Origin: Octopus bimaculoides
Lineage: Eukaryota
Assembly (NCBI RefSeq): GCF_001194135.2
Contig: NC_068991.1
Location: forward strand, 40,969,278-41,033,277
Direction: 5' to 3'
Length of the DNA: 64,000 bases
The position numbers and the translations under genes were made by a program. Below are positions 54,381-64,000 of this stretch, piece by piece. The notes beneath the pieces were generated by a model. That model was not told where the DNA came from. It worked only from the letters and a program-made list of their open reading frames with translations, and did no database searches. The number at the start of each line of letters is the position of its first letter. Positions within the stretch are counted from its first letter, which is position 1.

Positions 54381-56329
54381 TTCTCTGGATTTTCTAATAC
54401 TAGTGGGACCTGTGAATATTTTCACAGAATTAATGGTAAACCTATTGGGTTATGTCTGAAAACTTTATCCAAAAAACCTGAAAACATAGTGTGTTGTGAC
54501 TGTATGGAAAAATAGTCACTCATCAGCTACTCATTGAAAAGTGAAAGAAGTTGGAATGTGATGATTACTTAATGTACTTTATATACTTTATGCACAATTT
54601 TATAGACTTAATACACAGTGTTCATAAAATTAATATTCATTATTTTCCCATTTTCCCCATAAACAAAAGAAATATCCTGTGCATATGATACAACCTTTAG
54701 TTAAATTGCATATAACTGCTATGTAAATAAGCATGAACATTTCATGGAATTTCACTTATATGTATGTGTTAAGTGATAGGTGACATAAAAAACTTAGTTC
54801 AATTTTTAAAAAATACTCTTTTCATTATCCAGTCACTACTGCCACCACCACCACCACCATCACCATCATCTTCCCTCTTTCTTTCCCACCTTTCTCTCCA
54901 CTCTTTCTTTCTTCTCTCTACCTTTCTTTAACCTCACCTCTCTGCTAAAATTATTACATTCCCCCTACCACACATCATGGATGCTTCTCTCTCTCTTTCT
55001 TTCTCCCTCTTTGCCTTATCCTCTCTTTCTGTCTCCTCTCTTTCCCTTCAACTAATCACATGAAAGTGTTACAATTACATTCCCTCTACCTCATGTCATG
55101 GATACTTCTCTCTCTGTTTTCTTTCACCCTCCCTCTTTTTCAAAATAATAACATTCCTTGCTGCCCACTTTGGTTCAAGCATTGGTTTCTCTTTTCCAAG
55201 AATGATAATATTTTTCTCATCTTCAAAGCATCTTGTTGCAAAAGATCAGGAAAGTAGAGAGGAAACTTAGCCGATTGACTCATTTACCAGGTGAGGTGGG
55301 GGTGGGTGAATGAGAGTATGAAAAAATGTTACTGGGTTATAATTTTTTTCAATAAATGGAAGTTTTATTCTAGCAAAGAATTTAGATGCTAGTTTAACTT
55401 TTTTTACATAACCTTTNNNNNNNNNNNNNNNNNNNNNNNNNNNNNNNNNNNNNNNNNNNNNNNNNNNNNNNNNNNNNNNNNNNNNNNNNNNNNNNNNNNN
55501 NNNNNNNNNNNNNNNNNNNNNNNNNNNNNNNNNNNNNNNNNNNNNNNNNNNNNNNNNNNNNNNNNNNNNNNNNNNNNNNNNNNNNNNNNNNNNNNNNNNN
55601 NNNNNNNNNNNNNNNNNNNNNNNNNNNNNNNNNNNNNNNNNNNNNNNNNNNNNNNNNNNNNNNNNNNNNNNNNNNNNNNNNNNNNNNNNNNNNNNNNNNN
55701 NNNNNNNNNNNNNNNNNNNNNNNNNNNNNNNNNNNNNNNNNNNNNNNNNNNNNNNNNNNNNNNNNNNNNNNNNNNNNNNNNNNNNNNNNNNNNNNNNNNN
55801 NNNNNNNNNNNNNNNNNNNNNNNNNNNNNNNNNNNNNNNNNNNNNNNNNNNNNNNNNNNNNNNNNNNNNNNNNNNNNNNNNNNNNNNNNNNNNNNNNNNN
55901 NNNNNNNNNNNNNNNNNNNNNNNNNNNNNNNNNNNNNNNNNNNNNNNNNNNNNNNNNNNNNNNNNNNNNNNNNNNNNNNNNNNNNNNNNNNNNNNNNNNN
56001 NNNNNNNNNNNNNNNNNNNNNNNNNNNNNNNNNNNNNNNNNNNNNNNNNNNNNNNNNNNNNNNNNNNNNNNNNNNNNNNNNNNNNNNNNNNNNNNNNNNN
56101 NNNNNNNNNNNNNNNNNNNNNNNNNNNNNNNNNNNNNNNNNNNNNNNNNNNNNNNNNNNNNNNNNNNNNNNNNNNNNNNNNNNNNNNNNNNNNNNNNNNN
56201 NNNNNNNNNNNNNNNNNNNNNNNNNNNNNNNNNNNNNNNNNNNNNNNNNNNNNNNNNNNNNNNNNNNNNNNNNNNNNNNNNNNNNNNNNNNNNNNNNNNN
56301 NNNNNNNNNNNNNNNNNNNNNNNNNNNNG

Positions 56330-56473
56330 GTTCACCACTATCCCCTGCTGGAGCATCATGGAGCTTTAGGTGTTTCGCTCAATAAACACTCACAACGCCC
56401 GGTCTGGGAATCGAAACTGCAATCCTACGACCACGAGTCCGCTGCCCTAACCACTGGGCCATTGTGCCTCCAC
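56330..56473 (-). mobile_element. tRNA-derived SINE head with intact CpGs
   Basis: GTGGAGGCACAATGGCCCAGTGGTTAGGGCAGCGGACTCGTGGTCGTAGGATTGCAGTTTCGATTCCCAGACCGGGCG; A box TGGCCCAGTGG and B box GTTTCGATTCC. Confidence 0.8.
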
Positions 56474-56959
56474 TTTTTGATAGACTATGACTGAAAGACA
56501 AGCAGAAAACAATTCTGCTTTACCTTCTTTAACCTGCCACTCTGTTGTTGCATCCCTCCTTTTCATGCTCCCTTCTCAAAAAGAACAGAATAGGAAAGCA
56601 ATTAATTCACTGCTTTTCTTGCTAAGCAAACAGGAACTTTCTCTACTTACACTTTGTGAATGATATCGATTATTTACAATCTATACTAAGAAATGGAGGG
56701 ACGGGAAGTACAAAAAAGAAATATCATGAGTACAATGAAGATAATAAAAATTAATAATTAATTTTATATTACACAAAAATTATTTATCCTGGAAAAAATG
56801 TAAGACATGCAGTATATGCATTGCATACATAGATGCTTTGCCTCTGACCAACACCGTTGTTACAGGCAATGAACTTAAGTGCACCTCTAATCAGTTTATG
56901 GGGAAGCTGCTGGTGAAGTAACTTTCCTTCCAGCATTTTCCGGTTTGCAATAACTAGCA

Positions 56960-57827
56960 ATGTGCCTGGGTTGGGAACATCAGTAACACATCACTTCAGA
57001 TTTTGGTTCTTTCCTATCTCTGACCATGTGCAGATCCCAACACCTAAAGTATGGTCCCTTAAACGACATTGTGTTGATGTCTGGCAGCTGCTGCAACCTC
57101 ACTGAGATATGATCGAAGACTCCTGTCATAAAAGCCAGCTTCACAATCTGCTCCATCGCCCTATTGGTAAACCCAGCTAACCCACTTAATCTCCTCATCT
57201 TGCTTACCTAGTCATCAACTTAGTCACCCATCCATCTCATTCGTCCAAGTTTGCTGTAGTCTTTAGATTCTCCTTCTGTATATGCACCCTTCAGTTGCTC
57301 TTCAATCTTTTTGACTTTCAGTTGATCCACTTCATCTATCTCTAGATACAGATTCAGGTGCTTCTCTCTAAATAATATGGCATAAGACTAGCCACGTTTT
57401 GAATGTTCTGCAACTTTGCCTTGAGTTTCACCTTTTTTATCCAGGCCACTACATCACTTTTGCTAACAAATGGTCTCAAAACATCATTACTATTACGTAA
57501 CTTTGTCACCATCGTTAGTGTTGGCAGTAGAAAGGCAAGAAAGTAAAAGGAAATATATCCCTACAACAGATAAACTGCGAGCCGAAATAGCTTATAGAAG
57601 AAACAAAAATAAGAATGCTCAAAGCGAATTCAGAACAGAGTACACAGCTTCACTTCACAAGGAACTCGTTAGATATATCTTCAAACGTACACCATCCTGA
57701 TCCCTACCTAGTAACTATTCTCCCTCTGAAATTCCCTCCACCCATCCGCTCACTTCAATGTCCTCACGAAGAGGTTGTTAAAAAAAGAGGCTGTCCTGGT
57801 CCTGACGTTGCCCTTCACTCCTCCACA
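56960..57827 (-). mobile_element. Gypsy 5' LTR (57519-57827) plus decayed gag
   Basis: Minus strand TGTGGAGG...CCAACA (TG..CA, 309 bp), ATG at 57512, then MVTKL...SDVVAWIKKVKL...MRRLSGLAGF...QIVKLAFMTGVFDHISVRLQQLP and a decayed Zn-knuckle-like FKGPYFRCWDLHMVRD. Frameshift and stops present. Confidence 0.8.
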
Positions 57828-57859
57828 GGAAAAATTGCATCCCGCCGAAATCAACTTTG

Positions 57860-58260
57860 AATTTTACCTTTTAAGGGTCGATAAAATACCTGTCAAGTAC
57901 TGGGGTTGATGTTATACAATAATTCTCTTCCTTCAAAAATGTTCGTCTTGAGGTGGACAGTTGACAGAATCGTTAAAGCGTCAGAAGAAAATACATTGCG
58001 CTATTTCTTCTGGCTTTTGATGAGCTAAGTTCTAGTCCCACCAAGGTCAATTTCACCTTCCATATCTTCGAGGTCGATAAAATTTTGAGCCCTGGAATAG
58101 ATGTAATTGACTTCCTCTCGCCTCAAAATTGCTGGTCTTGTATCAAAATTGAAAAGAGTTAAGTCTGCTGGTTCAGAGTTGACCTGGGGTTAAAAACTAG
58201 TTTTTTATCATTTTGAGTAGATGAAAAATAAAGTTGACTCTGGTGGGATTTAAATTCAAA
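57860..58260 (+). mobile_element. Cluster of SINE fragments upstream of TMEM167B
   Basis: gggtcgataaaatacc, gaatcgttaaagcg and gaggtcgataaaa blocks of the 6017 family with CpGs retained. Confidence 0.6.
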
Positions 58261-58279
58261 ATCAAGTCCGGTTCAAAAT

Positions 58280-58487
58280 ACTGCAATATCCTTTGTATCT
58301 TATATATTTCTGTTTCAACCTTTGGCGTGTAACATCTGAACATTTTTATAAATCCCTAAGCAACTCATTGAATCAGGGGAGGTAATTCTAGAAAACTTGT
58401 CATGCGCACTTGTCATTTCACCTGATATTGACACGCTGTCAGTGTTTTGATATTTCTTTCAAGTCGAGAAAATACTTCTTTTCCATT
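58280..58487 (+). promoter_or_regulatory. Probable TMEM167B promoter/5' UTR
   Basis: Directly upstream of the ATG; local CpG retention; CATGCGCA (partial NRF1-type site) at 58401-58408. The TSS cannot be determined from sequence. Confidence 0.5.
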
Positions 58488-58497
58488 ATGACAAACG
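58488..58497 (+). CDS. TMEM167B: TMEM167B (kish-B) first coding exon, M-T-N-(V)
   Basis: ATG ACA AAC G|gtatgt; phase 1 completes GTT (Val) with the next exon, giving MTNVYSFDG, the N-terminus I recall for kish-B (MTNVYSLDG). Lies in the CpG-retaining region. Confidence 0.8.
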
Positions 58498-59559
58498 GTA
58501 TGTTTAGTAAGAAGTATATTCACCTTTTTCTTTTTCGTTATCCAAACAACTTCCTATTATATAACAGTTTATCGCAGTCGATAATTTCTGGTTATAGGTC
58601 TGCATTAGTAGGACGATTGTAACGTTTGTAGAACCTGAAGTTTTCCTTTTGTTTTTGTTGTTGTTTTTTAAGCTAATTTCCTTGTTCTTAATTTCTTCAT
58701 AATACAGTCCACTGAAATGACATTTGGAATCGGTTTTAGTGTGAGTTTATAGGCACCTATGTAAACATATCAGTGTATGTAATAATGCTTAAACGTTGAA
58801 AGTGTAGGAACTAGTGTAAGTGTAATCATAAATGCTTGTCAGTATGTTTAATGGAAGTTGTCAACATCTATAGGTGTTTATATATATATATATATGTGTG
58901 TGTATATATATGTCAGTGTTCATATTGGTGGAGTGTCGATAGATTGTCAATATTTAGAGTTACATACCTTTGGCCATAGCTAACGAATTAATCGAACCAA
59001 CTACAGCTCTTTGAGAGTAAGGAAATTTTTAATATCTATGTGAATTACAAGTGCATAAAAACTTTTTGGTGCGTGTCTCTGTTAAGAAAAATTACGGGTG
59101 CTTAAATTGTACAAGTTTATAAATATGCAACTCATGTGAAGTTATTGTTTGAGTTTTGTAAATTAAACGTTTCCTCAGTGGGCGGCTTCAGATTTGAATG
59201 TGGGCAAAATTTCACTTGCGGGCAAGAGGTTAGCTCTGCTACAGGTTCTGCACCCCTGTACTTACGCGCTTGATCTTAAAATCATACCCTGCATGTTAAA
59301 AATAAGAAATACACATTGGATAATGTACTCCTAAATACACCATGTTAAAATAAAGCACAAGACAGTAAAGGTGCGAATATCTTTGATCTTGGGTCTTCTC
59401 GAGTATGGCTGACCTGAGTCTGAACAACAATAGCAAAGTTATTATATAATTTAAGGCTAAATTTTATATTATAAATAAATTGAATCAGCTTTCGAAGAAT
59501 TCTCCTTTTGTTTTAGACTTTTTTTATGTGTTGGATTAATTCGTGAAGTTAGATTTTTG

Positions 59560-60551
59560 GGTCAATATAAAGATCCTCACCCGTTAACGAGAACAAAATC
59601 AAAACCAGCATGCTGAGTGTTAACAACTGTAGAAAACGAATATGAAAAAAATTGCGCAAACGAACCTGGGAATCGGGAGAGGACTTTCGGAAAATTTACA
59701 AGATCCAATTTTTCCCTTATAACTTTCAGGAAAATGGATATATATTGATTTTTTTTTTTACGGAATCCCACGTTTTCGGCTATAGAAAATCCGATTCTGA
59801 AAAAATATTGTTTGTAAAATTTCAATTTTTCAAACATTTCTTTTCAAATACCCCAACCCCCTCCCAATTCTACGGCCTTGACCTTCAAGTAAGCTATTCA
59901 CATGCTAGAAATGACAGCCAAATCTCACAAAACTGCGATAACATAATGAAAGAAATATGTAATCAATCTACTCTCCTTTCTGCAAGGATTTCTTTCAGAG
60001 TAATTTCCCGCAGTAATATGACAAAGTAATTCATGTGAAATTAAAGTGTTCTTTTTTCCTTTTTCTTTTCTTTTTTTTTTCTTTTTTTGTTTTGTTTTGA
60101 AAGTTACAAAAAATATGAGTGCAGAAATAACAGCAAGCTCTTTTGAAAAAAGAAAAGTAAAAATAACAAAGAAATACTGTGACAAATTGAAATTAAAGAG
60201 AATCATTTGACCAGTGCAAAACATGTGTTTGTGGAACTGAAAATGGTCTTGCTCATTTGAGATTTAGCTGTTATTTCTAGCATATGGATAGCCTGCTTGA
60301 AGGCCAAGGCCGTAGAATTGGGAGGGGAGGGTGTTGGGTTTTTTTCCCCCCAATATGTATCCATTTTCCTGAAAGTTATGAGGGGAAAATCAAATCTTGT
60401 GAATTTTCCGAAAGTCCTCTCCCCACCTACCCCCAGGTTCGTTTGCGCAATTTTTTTCCATACTCCTTTCCTACACAGTTGTTAACACCCAGCAGGCTGG
60501 GTTTTTTTGTGTTCTTTTTTTCGTTAACCGGTGCGGATCTTTATATTGGCC
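59560..60551. mobile_element. Non-autonomous long-TIR DNA transposon with 8-bp TSD in TMEM167B intron 1
   Basis: Ends GGTCAATATAAAGATCC / GGATCTTTATATTGGCC; arms about 59560-59930 and 60255-60551; flanked by GATTTTTG at 59552-59559 and 60552-60559. Confidence 0.9.
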
Positions 60552-62069
60552 GATTTTTGCGGGTTGGTCATTAAATATTATTCTGTTTTTACAACTGAAA
60601 ATAAAAGAAAAATCAAACGATCAAACCATGCTATATATTTAGTGTAAGAAGTGTATTACTGAAACATGAATAGTGTCTGTAACGAACGGATTCAATATGA
60701 CCATTTGAACGGATAATGTCAATTTTCGATAAATGTCAACACGAGCTGTTTATTTTTAGGTCCCGTCTAAGTAGACCTGTGTTCAATAACATTCCGGATT
60801 TGACCATCTGTAATTTTTGTGGACATTACATATTTTAGACTATATTATCCAACGTGTTTATCCCTTTTCAAGACAGTAGGGTGTATATGGCAGAGATTTA
60901 GCTTCTATTTCTAGCAAGTCGAGCGCCCATGTTAGCTCATGCAGATAATTGTAAAGTAGCTAAGTATCAGGAAACATTGGTGATATATGCAGGAGATATG
61001 GCTTCTTAGGTTCGGATACATAATGCTAAGTAACTGTACATACTAGAAGTGTTATGGATTAGTGGTGGAATCTATTTAGACAGGACCTAAAAGTAAACAA
61101 CTCATGTTGACATTTATTGAAAATTAACATTATGCATTCAAATACTCATATTGAACCCATAAGTAAGGAAAACTAGGGAGCAAGTGATTAGCTCAGATCT
61201 TCATAGTGAGCATTTGAAGTTGCATAGCTTAATGATTAGGCTGTTGGTCCCATGTTTTTAAAGTCATGAGTTTGATTTCCAGACCAGTTGATGAACTGTT
61301 CTTAGACAAGAAACTTCATTTCATGTTAATCCAATTCACTCAGCTAAAAAGGAGTTGCACCTGCTGCAGTGTAGCACCACTGCAGACTTTCAGCCCCAAA
61401 TCTTGCAAATATAAGATGTTAACAACCCTCAATGACTATGACATACTAGATGACTATTAGTATTGAGTCTTGCAGATGAAAGAGCAAGATTGAAACCATA
61501 TCAACCTCTTCATTTGTTAGCAAGTCTGCAAAAGACATGGGCAATGCTTTTTTTTTCCTAATAAAAACCATACAAATTTTTTTTTTTAACCATGAAGTGA
61601 TGTTATATTTCAAACTCATACCAACATTTTTTTAAAAAAGTATAAATTAGAGGAAGAATAGTAGAACCTATGACCTTTATCAGGATCTCTGAAGGCTGAT
61701 AGTTGGAAGGGAATAAGTTATCTTCAGACTGGGAAATTGGTTTGAATACTTGGAACAGATTGTACTTTGCTAAAGACATCCAAGAACCAGGTGGAAGTGT
61801 TAAACTAGATGACAAATTAAATGTACCATCCCAAAATAGATGTAATCCATCTAGCATGCTTCTACAGCATTTCCATCTACCAAATTTCGCTAATAGGACA
61901 GACACTATTTTGATTCAATGCTCAAAATGCTGTGCAGTGAGATTGAATTTGGAACCACTTGGTTGAAAAGTGAAGTTCTCAACCACACAGCCATGATGCT
62001 TATTATATCAAATATGATTTACAACAATTATTATCATTGATGGTTACCTCAGCAAAGTTATTGCAATAA

Positions 62070-63120
62070 TAATAATAATAATCTTTTCTACTAAAGCACA
62101 AGGACTGAAATTCGGGGGAAGGAGGCTAATTGATTATATTGATCCCAGTGCTCAACTGAGATTTATTTCATTGACACTGGAAGAATAAAAGGCGAAGTTG
62201 ACCTTGGCAGCATTTGAACACAGAAATACTGCCAAGCATTTTGCATGGTGTGTTAATGATTCTGCCAGCTCACATCTTTACAATAATAATAATAATAATG
62301 GTTTCTTATTTAAGCAACAATTTTGAGGTGAGGAAATTAGTTGATGTCATTGACCCCACCCAATAGTTGGCTGCTATTTTATTTCACCTGGATGAAAGGC
62401 AAAGTTGATCTTGGTGAGTTTTGAACTCAGAACCTAAAAAAAGTTGGAATAAATACTGCCTAGACACTCTAATGATTCTGTCAAACTACCAACCTAAAAT
62501 AATGATTTCTAATTTCAACACAGGCTGACAATTTTTAGGGAATGAGGTTAGTCAATTACATCAATCCTAGTACTCAATTCTGGAAGGATGAAAGACAAAG
62601 TTGCCTTTGGCGCAATTTCAATGCAGAAGAAATACTGCAATGCATTTTGGATGATACTCTAAAGATTTTGTAAGACCATTTCTAAAAATAGGCAAAATGC
62701 CTGAAATTTGGGAGAGGAGAATAGTTGATTATATCAACTTGACTGGTACTTTATTTTTTCAGGATGGACCTGTGTAAAATGCTTAGCATTTCATCTGTCC
62801 TTACATTCTGATTTCAAATTCTGCTGTGGTTGACTTTGCCTTTCATTCTTTTGGAGTCGATAAAATAAGTACCAGTTGAGCACTGGGGTTGATGTAATCA
62901 ACTTACCCCCACCCCAAAATTGATGGCCTTGTGCCAAAATTTGAAGCCATCATTATTATTATTAAGGTGGAGGAATGGCAGAATCATTAGCATGCTGGGC
63001 AAAATGTTTAGTGGCATTTCATTCATTACATTCCACTGAGGTCAATGGGGTTAATGTAATCAACAACCCGCTTTCCCCACAAATTTCAAGCCTTGTGCCT
63101 AGAGTAGAAAGAATTATTAG
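62070..63120. mobile_element. Cluster of six SINE copies: four on minus, then two on plus
   Basis: Minus copies at about 62075, 62300, 62505 and 62680; plus copies at about 62775 and 62965; several separated by (AAT)n/(ATT)n. Confidence 0.7.
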
Positions 63121-63215
63121 TTTTATTATTATTAAATGAATCATCAATGCAATCCACGAGTCTTGCATGAAATGGAATTATAGAATGATTTTTTTTTATT
63201 TTCACTGTTTTTCAG

Positions 63216-63347
63216 TTTACTCATTTGATGGTCTGCTGGTGTTTGGACTTTTGGTCATTTGTACTTGTGCTTATATGAGCCGAGTCCCTCGTCTAAAGAA
63301 TTGGTTTCTCTCAGAGAAGAAGGGTGTTTTTGGAATCTTCTATAAAG
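63216..63347 (+). CDS. TMEM167B: TMEM167B (kish-B) exon 2
   Basis: ttcactgtttttcag| ... |gttggt; 132 nt, phase 1-1. (V)[43 protein letters not shown], closely matching kish-B as recalled (CTCAY, VPRLK, SEKKG). Final exon is not in the window. Confidence 0.92.
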
Positions 63348-64000
63348 GTTGGTGAAAATGTTATATTTGTTCCAAGCATGATTGTCCTATTATAGTTAAT
63401 GACTTCACTAAAAAATACATGATCTTTCAGCATTAAAGCATATGTATCTTTATGATTCTGAGTTTTACTTTAGACTAGATGAAATAAGTGTCAATGGCAC
63501 ACTGGTATAATTAATTAAATTAACGAGACCTGAGATGAACACCCAGCTAAACAGAGGTCATCATGAAAATATCTATTGATGAGCTGTGACTTAAAGCAAG
63601 GCCTATTTATTTCTTTGAAATTTAGAATATTTTAACATTTTGGGGCTAGATCAGCAAAACTAGGTACATTGTATTTGAATGTTGTACTCTGTAAAATATA
63701 TTAAGAAACTAAGACCTGATTTCTAAACTATTTCGTACAGAATTTCAGTGTCACTAGATATTTTGCAAATTGACTTTTATAATAACTTGCATAGATACTA
63801 CAGTGAGGCAGCTTAGACATAGGTTGGCCATTTTAATGAAGAGATACCTACATTAGAAATACTACATTCTATTGTATACAGAAGTGTGCAATAACTACTT
63901 ATCTTATGGTAAATATTTAAAAATAGGTGAATTGCATCCTTAAATCATCTTTGTTTGATACAGGAGATGAACTGCCAACTCTTGAGATAATATACTGGCA

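Noticed and set aside
55394-56359. ORFs full of X (also 17574, 20525, 20561, 28573, 28629)
   Set aside because: They are open only because they cross N-gaps.
57470-57860. Plus-strand ORFs 57470..57700 and 57615..57860
   Set aside because: Antisense readings of the Gypsy LTR.
59577-60574. ORFs 59577..59837, 59652..60029, 60284..60574 with similar peptides
   Set aside because: The similarity comes from the two inverted MITE arms, not from paralogous genes.
63348-64000. Search for TMEM167B exon 3
   Set aside because: No acceptor followed by a frame resembling the kish-B C-terminus.

Overview
AT-rich, repeat-dense eukaryotic genomic DNA with N-gaps. The repeat families (tRNA-derived SINEs, RTE elements with (GAT)n tails, long (TA)n/(CA)n tracts) look like those of Octopus; this is recognition from memory, not a database result. 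Two spliced protein-coding genes were assembled by hand on the + strand. (1) HDHD5/CECR5, a HAD-superfamily hydrolase: seven phase-consistent GT-AG exons from 2021 to 45874, 410 codons plus stop. Its first exon was not found and is presumably upstream of the window. (2) TMEM167B/kish-B: a 10-nt first coding exon at 58488-58497 and a 132-nt exon at 63216-63347; the last exon lies beyond the window. The rest is mostly transposon debris: RTE and CR1/L2 LINEs, SINEs, a Tc1/mariner copy, a hAT remnant, two Gypsy remnants, a probable Helitron derivative and several fold-back elements. I found no convincing new multi-gene system. The most notable unexplained structure: (a) two non-autonomous DNA transposons with GG...CC ends, perfect 8-bp target-site duplications and a shared subterminal motif, which I cannot assign to a superfamily; (b) many intramolecular inverted repeats inside both pre-mRNAs, candidate dsRNA/ADAR substrates; (c) a CpG-decay gradient readable from SINE copies that marks the TMEM167B promoter, with a Gypsy LTR pointing away from it.
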